Origin: Candidatus Latescibacterota bacterium
GTDB taxonomy: Bacteria; Latescibacterota; UBA2968; GCA-2709665
Direction: 5' to 3'
DNA length: 64,000 nucleotides
Assembly: GCA_965208835.1 (NCBI GenBank)
Contig: OZ242358.1
Coordinates: 2,272,001 to 2,336,000, forward strand
Position 1 is the stretch's first letter, and each line of letters begins with the position of its first letter. Shown piece by piece: positions 28,141 to 37,360 of the stretch. The notes under the pieces are model-generated. The model had not been told where the DNA came from and searched no databases. It saw only the letters and a program-made list of their open reading frames with translations. The translations under genes were made by a program, and so were the position numbers.

Positions 28141-28698
28141 ATGGTCGACGAGATTATTTCAGAGACCAGGCAGTCGATGGCGAAAGCCGTTGAAGCGTTC
28201 CAGCACGAAATGGGAACGGTTCGTACGGGGCGTGCAAACACGGCTTTGCTGGACAATATCCGTGCTGAATATTACGGTACGCAGGTGCCGTTGAACCAGG
28301 TCGCGACCATTGGCGTACCGGAGCCGAGGTTGATCGTACTTCAGCCGTGGGACAAGAGCGCGATTCCGGCAATCGAAAAGGCCATCCAGACGTCGAATCT
28401 GGGTCTGACGCCGTCCAGCGACGGGACCGTCATCCGCCTGCCGATACCCCATCTGACGGAGGAGCGCCGCACGGAACTCGTGCGTGTGGTTCGGCAGATG
28501 GCGGAAGACAGCAAGGTCTCTGTAAGGAACGCACGTCGGGACGCCAACGAGATGTTGAAAGACGGCCAGAAAGAGGGCGAGATACCTGAAGACGAATCCA
28601 GGAAGGGGCAGGATCAGGTGCAGAAGCTGACCGACGACTTCGTGGCGGAAATCGACGAGCTGCTGGTGCGGAAGGAAGAGGAGATTATGGAGGTCTGA
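28141..28698 (+). CDS. frr: Ribosome recycling factor
   Basis: VRTGRAN, IPHLTEERR, VRNARRDAN, KEEEIMEV. Confidence 0.98.
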   Translation: MVDEIISETRQSMAKAVEAFQHEMGTVRTGRANTALLDNIRAEYYGTQVPLNQVATIGVPEPRLIVLQPWDKSAIPAIEKAIQTSNLGLTPSSDGTVIRLPIPHLTEERRTELVRVVRQMAEDSKVSVRNARRDANEMLKDGQKEGEIPEDESRKGQDQVQKLTDDFVAEIDELLVRKEEEIMEV

Positions 28699-28723
28699 AA
28701 CCTCGCGATCGTCCTCCGCCAGT

Positions 28724-28764
28724 CGCCGCTTTCAGGTCTTCCGAGGGTGGCGTTTTTTGTTTTT
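28724..28764 (+). terminator. Rho-independent terminator after frr
   Basis: CGCCGCTTTC / GAGGGTGGCG stem (with G-U pairs) followed by TTTTTTGTTTTT. Confidence 0.65.
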
Positions 28765-28830
28765 GTGCTGATCACGAAAAGTTTCGGGACCGGATCCTGG
28801 AGAATCCCTGAAAGGATAACTCGGTAACCC

Positions 28831-28987
28831 AGTGTTCTGTCCCGGAAATAAGTTGCCTAAATTCGACCGCCGAGTCGCCCGACTCGCAAGGCGCCTCCGA
28901 CCTGCGTAAGGTCGGCGAGCGAGGGGAACGTAGCGAGACGGGATGAATCGCCGGTCGAATGGTGAGGAATTTTTGGGACAGGACACC
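28831..28987. mobile_element. MITE family B, copy 3
   Basis: AGTGTTCTGTCCCGGAAATA ... ATTTTTGGGACAGGACACC; the reverse complement matches the copy at 4282-4467 closely. Confidence 0.82.
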
Positions 28988-28989
28988 AG

Positions 28990-29862
28990 GTGCTCATTGG
29001 CTTTGTGGGTGACTTGCACGGGCGTGTGCTTCACGCGCTCGCCCTGATTGTGACGTGGCAGAAACGAAACGGCCGGCGTTTCGACCTGCTGGTCCAGGTC
29101 GGGGACATGGGAGCCTTTCCGGGCATGTCCAGCCTCGAACGGACCGCCAATCGTCACTTTGCTCTGGATCCTTCACAACGCGACTTCGTTCGTCTGATAT
29201 GCGCTGACGAAGGTCTGGCAGAGTCTTTGGGCCGGTTGCGGCGATGTTTGGCGGGACCCGTCCACTTCATCCGTGGCAATCATGACGATTTCGACTGGCT
29301 GGAACGACTGCCGCGGTATTCGGGTTCCGGGACAGCAGCCGTTGATCGTTGCGGGTTGATGCGTTACGTGCCGGACGGTAAGGTGATGACGTTCGGCGGG
29401 TTGCGTATCGCGTTTCTCGGCGGCGTCGAGGAACGGGATGATGCGGCCGGCATCAAACGCGGCGCGTATGAAACGCTTCTGGCTCTGGAACCTGGTAGTA
29501 TCGACGTGCTTGTGACTCATCAGGGTCCGTACGGCAGCAGCACCGGATTCAGAGGCGACATTCATGGATCTCGCATGATCACTGACCTGATCGAGATTAC
29601 TCGCCCGACGTTTCAAGTGGCCGGTCACGCCCACGTCCTTTCGGGCCCGACCCGGTTTGGCGAGACGACGTATCTTGGGCTGGATTGCGTGATTCCTTCC
29701 CCCCTGTATCAACCCGAAGCGCGAGGGTTTCAACCAGGGAGTCTCGGCGTACTCGATACTGACCCTGGCAAGCTGGAGCCGGTTGCCGACGATTGGCTGG
29801 CCGAATTCGAAACGCCGTTCGATTTCAATCGCTGGTACGAAAAGGTTCGTTGCGCTTCCTGA
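28990..29862 (+). CDS. Metallophosphoesterase (calcineurin-like)
   Basis: GDLHG, QVGD, RGNHD, VTH, GHAH motifs. Confidence 0.88.
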   Translation: MLIGFVGDLHGRVLHALALIVTWQKRNGRRFDLLVQVGDMGAFPGMSSLERTANRHFALDPSQRDFVRLICADEGLAESLGRLRRCLAGPVHFIRGNHDDFDWLERLPRYSGSGTAAVDRCGLMRYVPDGKVMTFGGLRIAFLGGVEERDDAAGIKRGAYETLLALEPGSIDVLVTHQGPYGSSTGFRGDIHGSRMITDLIEITRPTFQVAGHAHVLSGPTRFGETTYLGLDCVIPSPLYQPEARGFQPGSLGVLDTDPGKLEPVADDWLAEFETPFDFNRWYEKVRCAS

Positions 29863-29871
29863 CGACTGAAT

Positions 29872-30606
29872 ATGCTATTGTTGACGGTAGTCGCGATCGT
29901 GTTTATCTCCGCGCTGGTCCATTCGACGCTCGGGTTCGGGACGGCCCTGGTGGCGATGCCGTTGCTCGTGACGGTCCTGGATGTCAGCGTCGCGACGCCT
30001 CTCGTCGGCCTGACGATGCTGACGACAATCGCCCTGCTTCTTGTCGGATCCTGGCGGGACCTGGAGGTCAGGTCGGCTCTGCATTTGCTCGCCGCATCCA
30101 TTCCTGGAATTCCTGTCGGTCTGATGATCCTGCGTTTTGTACCCCAGGATGGGTTCAAGGCCGGGCTGGGCATTCTGCTCATTGCCGTGGGTCTCTATAA
30201 CCTGCGTACGTCTGTACTGCCGAGGCTGAAACATATCGGTTGGGCGCACGGGTTCGGTTTCGTGTCAGGCATGCTCGGCGCCGCATACAACGTCAACGCC
30301 GCGCCCGTTGCCGTCTACGGGATCCTGCGGCGGTGGCCTCCGGAACACTTCAAATCGACGCTGCAGGGGTATTTTTTCCCCTCTACCCTGTTCATAGTTG
30401 CCAGCCACGGATTGGCCGGCCTGTGGACGGGCGACGTATTCGGTTACTATCTGCCGGCCGTGCCCGCTGTCATTCTCGCGGTTGTTCTGGGCCGGTTCAT
30501 CGGCGCACGCATTGCACCTGATCGATTTCAGCGCGTTCTCTACGTGGCCCTGATGGCATTCGGTATGATGCTCCTGGTTTCGCCCTTGTTAGCCGCCGTG
30601 GATTGA
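29872..30606 (+). CDS. Sulfite exporter TauE/SafE family protein
   Basis: Multi-TM; STLGFGTALVAMPLL, GIPVG, GFVSGMLG. Confidence 0.88.
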   Translation: MLLLTVVAIVFISALVHSTLGFGTALVAMPLLVTVLDVSVATPLVGLTMLTTIALLLVGSWRDLEVRSALHLLAASIPGIPVGLMILRFVPQDGFKAGLGILLIAVGLYNLRTSVLPRLKHIGWAHGFGFVSGMLGAAYNVNAAPVAVYGILRRWPPEHFKSTLQGYFFPSTLFIVASHGLAGLWTGDVFGYYLPAVPAVILAVVLGRFIGARIAPDRFQRVLYVALMAFGMMLLVSPLLAAVD

Positions 30607-30649
30607 CGCATCGCAAAACCTGAATCGCAGGAACCTGTATTTAGCATGT

Positions 30650-30846
30650 TTTGGGTTTTTCGTAGTTTCGCGAATTTCGGTTTTTGCAGTTTCGTATTCT
30701 CGTAGTTTCGCATTCTTCGCGCCTCTTGCAGTTTCGTGTGTTTTTCGCCTTTCGTAGTTTCGCAGTTTTTTCGTAGTCTCGTATTCTCGCAGTTTCGCAG
30801 TTTTTCGCCTTTCGTAGTTTCGCATTCTCGTAGTTTCGTTTTTTCG
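30650..30846. repeat. Degenerate 8-mer tandem array (TTTCGYAG / TCTCGYAG / TTTCGYAT)
   Basis: Roughly 20 TTCG-containing units; exact 24-bp higher-order duplicate at 30741-30764 and 30801-30824. Confidence 0.85.
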
Positions 30847-30860
30847 AAAGGGAGAGTTTC

Positions 30861-31223
30861 GTGAACGCCACAGAACCCATGGTCGTCCATTACGTCGCGG
30901 ATATGGATAAAGCGTTGCCTTTCTACCGCGATGTCCTCGGACTGAAGGTGGAGTTCGAATCGACGGGATGGAGTACGCTGCGCTGCGGCGGTTGCATCGT
31001 TGCGCTCCATATCCTGTCCCCGGGAATGACCGAGGGCGCGGTCGCCCATGCCGGTCTGAATCTCCACGTGGATGATCTCGATGCCGCCGTGAAGGAAGTC
31101 GCGGCCGGCGGCGGAGAGGTAAAAAACATCCGCGAAGCCGGCGGGGGCATACCGGTGCGTATCGCCGTCATCGCCGACCCGGTTGGCAACGTCTTCGAAC
31201 TCCGGCAGTACGTCGGCGACTGA
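30861..31223 (+). CDS. VOC/glyoxalase family protein
   Basis: VADMDKALPFYRDVLGL ... ADPVGNVFEL. Confidence 0.88.
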   Translation: MNATEPMVVHYVADMDKALPFYRDVLGLKVEFESTGWSTLRCGGCIVALHILSPGMTEGAVAHAGLNLHVDDLDAAVKEVAAGGGEVKNIREAGGGIPVRIAVIADPVGNVFELRQYVGD

Positions 31224-31260
31224 ATCCGGGACCTCTCCCCCGAACCCCTTAAAAGCGGGG

Positions 31261-31498
31261 AGACGCAAGACGGGAGACGGGGAGAAAACCGGGTAGACGG
31301 GAGACGTAAGACGGTAGAAGAAAGGCGGGTAGAGGTGAGAGGGTAGACGGTAGATGATATCCTCGCCCGAAATTTAATTCCTCGCTGCCTCCGGCACGAA
31401 AAGAATCCTCACGAGGCAGGACATCTCTAACCTCTCCCGGCTTACGTCTCACCAGGTGGTGGGCTGTGGTGTGGTCTTCTACCCTCTACCGTCTACCC
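31261..31498. repeat. Inverted pair of 7-mer tandem arrays (AGACGGK and its complement)
   Basis: AGACGCA AGACGGG AGACGGG ... AGAGGGT AGACGGT at 31261-31355; complementary TCTACCC/TCTACCG units at 31426-31498; perfect 14-bp IR 31341-31354 / 31485-31498. Confidence 0.75.
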
Positions 31499-31574
31499 GA
31501 TTCATGCTCTTCGTGGCCAATTGAGCGGTTATCTTTTTTCGAATTGAGTTTAACGACTTGAAGGAGGTCTCTTC

Positions 31575-32102
31575 GTGAAGAATTGTATACTCGCGGTGAT
31601 ACTGTCTGCCGTTGTCCTGTTCGCGTGGGGGTTTATCTCGTGGACGATTTTGCCCTGGCATAACGCGGTTGCGAACAAATTCACAGACGAATCGGCCGTT
31701 TCATCGGTCCTCAAGGAAAACGCGCCTTCGGCCGGGATGTATTATCTTCCGTTTGAGCAGGAAGACCTCAAGCCCGGGGTGTTGTTCGCACTCGCGAACG
31801 TCCTGCCGGACGGGGTCGATATGAATATGGGCGAAATGATGGGAGTTGGCCTGCTCGGTCAGGCGGTCTCCGCCCTGCTCGTAATCCTTCTTCTGTGCAG
31901 GACGTCGAACCTGGACTACTGGGGACGGGTCCGCTTCGTCGCGCTCGCAGGCGTGGCCATCGGTTTTGTGAGCCACTTCCCCTACTGGAACTGGTTCGGT
32001 TTCTCAACGGCGTATACTGCCGTCATCGTTGTGGATTCGCTGATCGCATGGCTTCTGGCCGGACTCGTCATGGCCAGATTCGTGGAAGGGAAATCCGGGT
32101 AG
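31575..32102 (+). CDS. Hypothetical membrane protein
   Basis: AAGGAGG RBS, GTG start, four hydrophobic segments. Confidence 0.75.
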   Translation: MKNCILAVILSAVVLFAWGFISWTILPWHNAVANKFTDESAVSSVLKENAPSAGMYYLPFEQEDLKPGVLFALANVLPDGVDMNMGEMMGVGLLGQAVSALLVILLLCRTSNLDYWGRVRFVALAGVAIGFVSHFPYWNWFGFSTAYTAVIVVDSLIAWLLAGLVMARFVEGKSG

Positions 32103-32127
32103 GTTGCGTTAACGACCGAGGTTTCGA

Positions 32128-33027
32128 ATGGCTTCGCAACAGTCCGGAATGTCATCGCAGGCGCACAGGGCCAGCAGAACGGCGAACCTGGCGGCGTGCG
32201 TGCGCGCGTATCATTGCCGCTGGCACGCGTCGCCGATCTTCGCGGATACCTACGCATTCGACATGATATCGGGTTTTTGGCGGGCGATTGCCAGGCATCG
32301 CCTGTCAAGCTGGATTACCGTTCACACGGTGTTTCGCGCGTTCCGCCCCATACACACGGAAATCGTCCTGCGGTCCCGGTATGCCGAAGACCGCCTGATG
32401 GACGCCGTGGGTGCGGGCGTATTACAGTACGTCATTCTAGGAGCGGGACTCGATACGTTTTCCATGCGCCAGGACGAGCGTTCGGACAGGCTGCGGATAT
32501 TCGAGCTGGATCATCCCGCAACCCAGGAAATGAAGCGTGAAAGATTGCTGAAGGTCTATGGCGCAATTCCAGCCAATCTGGTCTTCGTTCCCATCGACTT
32601 TGAAATCGATCACCTCGACGAGGCGCTTGCAAAGGCCGGATTCGATCCCATGGCGCCGTCGTTCTTTTCCTGGCTGGGGACGACCTATTATCTCTCGAAG
32701 GACGCAATACGCGAGACGCTTGATCGCGTTGCCGGCGTATTTGTCCCCGGCAGCCGTATTGTTCTCGACTATAAACTTGAACGGGAACTCGTTCCGGAAG
32801 AGAGCCTGCCGTTTGCCGACAAGCTGGACCGCTTCGTGGCGCGGCGCGGGGAGCCGATGCTTTCCACGTTCACGCCGGAGGAGTTGAAAGACGTGATGTC
32901 CGGGTTCGGCTTCGTTGAACTGGAAAACCTCCCCGCCGGGGAACAGAAGCGCCGGTACCTGAGCGGGAAATCGGGCCTGGTGGATCCGGCGCCGAACTTC
33001 TCATTTGCATTATATGGCGTGCCTTGA
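32128..33027 (+). CDS. Class I SAM-dependent methyltransferase (LCM family)
   Basis: RSRYAED, QYVILGAGLDTF, FELDHPATQ, FFSWLGTTYYL. Confidence 0.9.
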   Translation: MASQQSGMSSQAHRASRTANLAACVRAYHCRWHASPIFADTYAFDMISGFWRAIARHRLSSWITVHTVFRAFRPIHTEIVLRSRYAEDRLMDAVGAGVLQYVILGAGLDTFSMRQDERSDRLRIFELDHPATQEMKRERLLKVYGAIPANLVFVPIDFEIDHLDEALAKAGFDPMAPSFFSWLGTTYYLSKDAIRETLDRVAGVFVPGSRIVLDYKLERELVPEESLPFADKLDRFVARRGEPMLSTFTPEELKDVMSGFGFVELENLPAGEQKRRYLSGKSGLVDPAPNFSFALYGVP

Positions 33028-33103
33028 TTTGAACGCACAGCGACGTTTACACGATATGCAGTCGCTGTGACGAATCGTCGTCCCGAAACGAAGAGACCGG
33101 ATA

Positions 33104-33562
33104 ATGACAGACGCAGTCAGACGACGCGGCAGAGTTACCTTGCGGCAGGGTCTCGTGTTGATCTTTGTCCTTGGAAGTATCGGGCTGGGCGCCGAACTGG
33201 TGCTGCTGGGTCATTTCCAGGAGTGGCGGCAACAGGTGCCCCTTGTGCTGCTGGTATCAGGCCTGGTCCTGGTAGCGGTGAACCTGGTCTGCAGGCAGCC
33301 GGTCGTCCTCCGGATATTCAGGCTGGCGATGCTGGCATACGTGTTGGGCGGCATCGTGGGATTCTGGTTTCATATCAACGGCAACATGGCGTTTGAATTG
33401 GAAATGAATTCAAAGTTGACCGGTTGGGACCTGGTGTCCAGGACGGCCGGCGGGGCCCTCCCGGTCCTGGCGCCCGGCGCGCTCATCCAGCTCGGTTTGA
33501 TCGGCTTGCTTTACACGTACCGGCATCCCGGTCTGGACGCTGGGCAACGCGAAATGGATTAG
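33104..33562 (+). CDS. Hypothetical membrane protein
   Basis: Four TM segments; ELVLLGH, PVLAPG motifs. Confidence 0.7.
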   Translation: MTDAVRRRGRVTLRQGLVLIFVLGSIGLGAELVLLGHFQEWRQQVPLVLLVSGLVLVAVNLVCRQPVVLRIFRLAMLAYVLGGIVGFWFHINGNMAFELEMNSKLTGWDLVSRTAGGALPVLAPGALIQLGLIGLLYTYRHPGLDAGQREMD

Positions 33563-33658
33563 TTCAATCAGGGAGCATCCGGTTCCCGGCCTTGATCGAC
33601 CCCGGGGTCGCGGCGCAGCCCCGGTCTCCGGATTGGCTGCACAGAGAGAAAGCAAACA

Positions 33659-33688
33659 AGCGGCGCGTCTGTCCGGAGACGCGCCGCT
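33659..33688. terminator. Bidirectional terminator between convergent genes
   Basis: Perfect 12-bp stem AGCGGCGCGTCT / AGACGCGCCGCT with T-rich runs on both strands. Confidence 0.65.
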
Positions 33689-33741
33689 CTTATTTCGGTA
33701 CCGCGGGCGGTTGTCGAGAATTGGAAGTCTCTGAGAAAAAC

Positions 33742-34209
33742 CTAATATTCGATACGGTCGTCCATATTGTGCCATTCCCGGAAGACCGGCAGCGCCTCGT
33801 CCCGCATGAGCTGAAGGGACGGGATTCGCCGCTCGGTCCTCGGGATTTGTATCTCCTGGTAGAACGATTCGTCGTCGAAACCGATTTTCGCCGCATCTTC
33901 TGCCGTATTGGCGAAGTAGATCTTCTCGATCCTTGCCCAGTAGATGGCCGCCAGACACATCGGACAGGGCTCGCAGCTTGTGTAGATTTCGCATCCGACC
34001 AGATGAAACGCATGCAGTCGCGACCCCGCTTTCCTTATCGCCATCACTTCCGCGTGGGCGGTGGGATCGTTACGCGCGATCACTTCGTTGGATCCCTCCG
34101 CAATAATCCTGCCACCCTTCACGATGACGGCGCCGAAAGGGCCGCCGCGCCGCGTTTGCATCTGGATTCGCGAGAGTTCTATCGCTCTTTCCATGAATTC
34201 CCGTTGCAT
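33742..34209 (-). CDS. guaD: Nucleoside deaminase (GuaD-type guanine deaminase)
   Basis: GGPFGAVIV, DPTAHAEV, SCEPCPMC, GFDD, C-terminal Tyr; GAGGAG RBS. Confidence 0.85.
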   Translation of the reverse strand: MQREFMERAIELSRIQMQTRRGGPFGAVIVKGGRIIAEGSNEVIARNDPTAHAEVMAIRKAGSRLHAFHLVGCEIYTSCEPCPMCLAAIYWARIEKIYFANTAEDAAKIGFDDESFYQEIQIPRTERRIPSLQLMRDEALPVFREWHNMDDRIEY

Positions 34210-34663
34210 CTCAATCCGCTCCTCACTGGCGTCAGATGTTCTCAATCCGAACGGCCACCTTGTGTTAGGTATCGTCATGAAGATCCACGTCGTTCAGCTT
34301 CTCGACCCCGTATTCAGGAGATAGTCGGTCTATTCTATCCTTTCCGAGGTGGCGGGAGCGAGTTCGTGACGAAAACGGATAGTTCCAAGGTTCTCCTTTA
34401 GTGAATGGTAAATTATCCTTCATAGCAATGCTTTTCTCGTTGTGTACCACGAAGATCAGCAAAGCCGCGGGTCTACGATTGTTGCGGTAAATCGGCTTGA
34501 CGGTGGTACAACGAAGGCGTAAGTTCCTCCCGTCTGGTAGTACACCGAGAAGCGCGCCGTTCGGTCAGAAATAATAAAGAGTGTAGAGCTAAATTGTCAT
34601 TGAATTTGACTGTCAGGATTCGGTCGTCCGGTGGTGATGGCACCTACGACCTGCGCCGCTCCC

Positions 34664-34739
34664 TGAGCTTGTCGAAGGGTCGGCGACGGTCGTTGAAGAG
34701 TACCATCAAGTAGTGAATGCGGGCATTTCGACAAGCTCA
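34664..34739. repeat. REP-like inverted pair TGAGCTTGTCGAA / TTCGACAAGCTCA
   Basis: Perfect 13-bp inverted repeat; related cores at 4392-4408 and ~48070-48110. Confidence 0.65.
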
Positions 34740-34806
34740 ATGACCGCGTTTCGATGCTCCGCAGTCACTAGAGATTTACTCGATATCGACTTGGAGGAGA
34801 ATAACA

Positions 34807-35763
34807 ATGACGGATTCGTCAGGACTTGGACACATTGAAAAGGCTGAACTCCGCGTGGCTTGGCCCAATGAGAGCAAAGATTTCACACCTTGGCTTGCGG
34901 GCAATATTTCCGAGCTTGGCCAAGTTTTGGGGTTGGAGCTGGAACTGCAGTCTCGGGAAGCTCGGGTCGGCGCTTTTTCACTAGATTTACTGGCTCTCGA
35001 ATCGGGTACAAACCGCACTGTCATAATCGAAAATCAACTGCAGCCAACAGACCATGATCATTTGGGAAAACTCCTCACGTACGCGGGCGGGTATGATGCA
35101 CAAGTAATTATCTGGGTAGCTAAGGAATTCCGGGACGAACACAGGCAAGCCATCGACTGGTTGAATCAGCGTACCGACAAGGAAACGGAATTCTATGGCG
35201 TCGTTGTTGAGGTATGGACTATTGACGGTTCTCGGCCCGCACCATACTTCAACTTGGTTGCGACCCCGAACGAGTGGCAACGCGAAGCCACTGAAACTAT
35301 ACGTTTGGGCAATACTTCCGAAAGGAACCTGCGGTATAAGGCATTTTTCCAGAACCTTATTGACAAACTTAGAGAACAGAGGTTTACAAACGTCTTCAAG
35401 GCGCAGCCGCAAAGTTGGTACAGTTTTTCAGCGGGATATGGCGAACGAGCTCAATATGCCGCCTGTTTCGGTCAAGGAGGAACGGTCAGGGTTGAGGTCT
35501 ATATTAACTCGAACGATAAGGATTGGAACAAGACCTTGTACGATCAACTTTTCGATAGAAAAATGCACATCGAATCCGAACTTGGTGATTCTCTCGTCTG
35601 GGAACGCCTTGACCATAGGCAAGCCAGCCGCGTAAGTCTAGTACGGCGCGGTAGCATTGACGACGATGAGAAGGCGCTTGTGGAGATTAATGACTGGCTG
35701 ATTTCGAAGCTCTTGGAGTTTAAACAAGGGTTTGGGCCGCATCTGGACGAGTTTGCGAGATAA
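34807..35763 (+). CDS. DUF4268 domain protein with N-terminal NucS/PD-(D/E)XK-like region
   Basis: WPNESKDFTPWL, DLLA..IIENQL..TDHDHLGKLLTYA; C-terminal KAQPQSW..IESELGDSLVWE; visibly AT-richer. Confidence 0.8.
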   Translation: MTDSSGLGHIEKAELRVAWPNESKDFTPWLAGNISELGQVLGLELELQSREARVGAFSLDLLALESGTNRTVIIENQLQPTDHDHLGKLLTYAGGYDAQVIIWVAKEFRDEHRQAIDWLNQRTDKETEFYGVVVEVWTIDGSRPAPYFNLVATPNEWQREATETIRLGNTSERNLRYKAFFQNLIDKLREQRFTNVFKAQPQSWYSFSAGYGERAQYAACFGQGGTVRVEVYINSNDKDWNKTLYDQLFDRKMHIESELGDSLVWERLDHRQASRVSLVRRGSIDDDEKALVEINDWLISKLLEFKQGFGPHLDEFAR

Positions 35764-35860
35764 CACCCGTCGGAAGTAAGCAGCCCGGCGTGCCGGTGTC
35801 GCTTTGGTATTTGGAACGACGAATGAGGCGTATTTAGTAAGGCAGGTGGAACACCACAGA

Positions 35861-37186
35861 ATGTCATACGCAACCGATACCCCGCTGCCCCGTGTGCGGA
35901 ACATCGAAGTGATCCCGATCGACCAGGGTGGCGAACGTATGTTCTACGTGCGGGATCCGCTGGAGATCGCCCCGCAGCCGCTGGTGCTCGGACCGGCGGG
36001 AATGCTCGTTCTTTCGCACCTGGATGGCCAACGTTCCATCGGTCAGATTCTCGACTCCCTGCGAAGTGGCGTTCCCGGCAGTGACGTCCGAGCTGACGAT
36101 ATCCGTCACGTGCTGGGCAAGCTGAGCGAGAGCTGCTACCTGGACGACCATGTGGCTGCGGCGAGAATCTCCCGGATACGCGAGGAATTCGAACGCGCCG
36201 AAGTGCGACCGGCATGGCACGCGGGAACCGCCTACCCGGACGACCCTGTGGAACTCGCCGGGATGCTCGACGGGTTCTTTGAAGAAGCCGCCTCGTCGGT
36301 GGACGCGCAAGGTGGAGACAGAAACCGGGCGCATAGGGCGCGGCTCGCCGCTGTCATGTGCCCGCACATCGATCTGAGGGCCGGCGGGGAAACATATCCG
36401 CCGGCGTTTACCGCACTGGCCGACGCGGCAGGCGCCGCTCAGCCGGTTGAACTCTATGTCATTCTGGGTGTGGCCCACAGCGGCGGCACGGAACCGGGAA
36501 AGAGCTTCGCCATCGCGACCGGCAAACACTACGAAACGCCCTTCGGGCGTGCGCCGGCCGACACAAACGTAATCGGAGACTGGTCCAGCCTCGCCGGTCG
36601 CGACATCACGGAACAACAATGGCTGCACCGCACGGAGCACTCCGTGGAGTTCGCGCTGCTGTTTCTGCAGTACATCCATGCCCGGGCGGAACTCCCGCCG
36701 TTTCAGGTGGTGCCGGTCCTGCTCGGAAGCGTGGATCACCACCTGCATGAAGGACGGAATCCCCTGCATTCCCCCGAGGTGGCCAACGAACTCGAAGCGC
36801 TGCGGGCGGCGGTTTCTGCAAGCGGGAAGCGCGTCCTGTACGTTCTCAGCGTGGACCTCGCGCATATCGGCCCCAAATTCGGCGACCAGGCAAGGGTCGA
36901 TGATGCGGCGGCGGCCGCCTGCGAGTCGACCGACCGCGACCTGCTGGGGTACATCCAACGATTCGATGCGGCGGGTTTCTTCCGTACGTTGAAGGCAGAC
37001 GGAAACGCGCGGAACGTGGACGCCGTCTCCGGTCTGTTCTCGCTCCAAACGCTTCTGGCCGGCGCCGAATGCCGCGGCGACCTGCTCAGCTACGGGCAGA
37101 ACCGCCAGGACGATACCGGTTCGCTGGTCAGCTACGCCAGCATGGCCTTCTACCGGATGCCGCCCGCATCCACGCCGGGCGTCTGA
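35861..37186 (+). CDS. amrB: AmmeMemoRadiSam system protein B (MEMO1 family), long form
   Basis: RPAWHAGTAYP, CPHID, ILGVAH, ETPFG, EHSVEF, SVDLAHIG, VSYASM. Confidence 0.88.
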   Translation: MSYATDTPLPRVRNIEVIPIDQGGERMFYVRDPLEIAPQPLVLGPAGMLVLSHLDGQRSIGQILDSLRSGVPGSDVRADDIRHVLGKLSESCYLDDHVAAARISRIREEFERAEVRPAWHAGTAYPDDPVELAGMLDGFFEEAASSVDAQGGDRNRAHRARLAAVMCPHIDLRAGGETYPPAFTALADAAGAAQPVELYVILGVAHSGGTEPGKSFAIATGKHYETPFGRAPADTNVIGDWSSLAGRDITEQQWLHRTEHSVEFALLFLQYIHARAELPPFQVVPVLLGSVDHHLHEGRNPLHSPEVANELEALRAAVSASGKRVLYVLSVDLAHIGPKFGDQARVDDAAAAACESTDRDLLGYIQRFDAAGFFRTLKADGNARNVDAVSGLFSLQTLLAGAECRGDLLSYGQNRQDDTGSLVSYASMAFYRMPPASTPGV

Positions 37187-37360
37187 ACCAGGGGCGCCTC
37201 GCGCATTCTTCGAGCGGCTCGGACTAGCGCAAGCAACTCGCGCTGCGTGCAGAATACTCACCTGTTTCGTTCTGTCCCTCTTTCCTTGTTTCTCGCATCG
37301 TTGCCTGTCGCACGTTATATTTAGCGCACACCGTGACTTCCAATGTTTCAGGAGGCCGAT

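Noticed and set aside
30650-30846. Possible CRISPR array or small Lys/Arg/Glu-rich proteins (ORFs 30540-31268, 30589-30825, 30641-30880)
   Set aside because: No constant 25-45-bp repeat with unique spacers and no cas genes; the ORFs are translations of an 8-mer repeat in all three frames.
34265-34462. 65-aa minus-strand ORF upstream of guaD as a gene or pseudogene
   Set aside because: No recognisable motif or convincing RBS/start; cannot be supported without a search.
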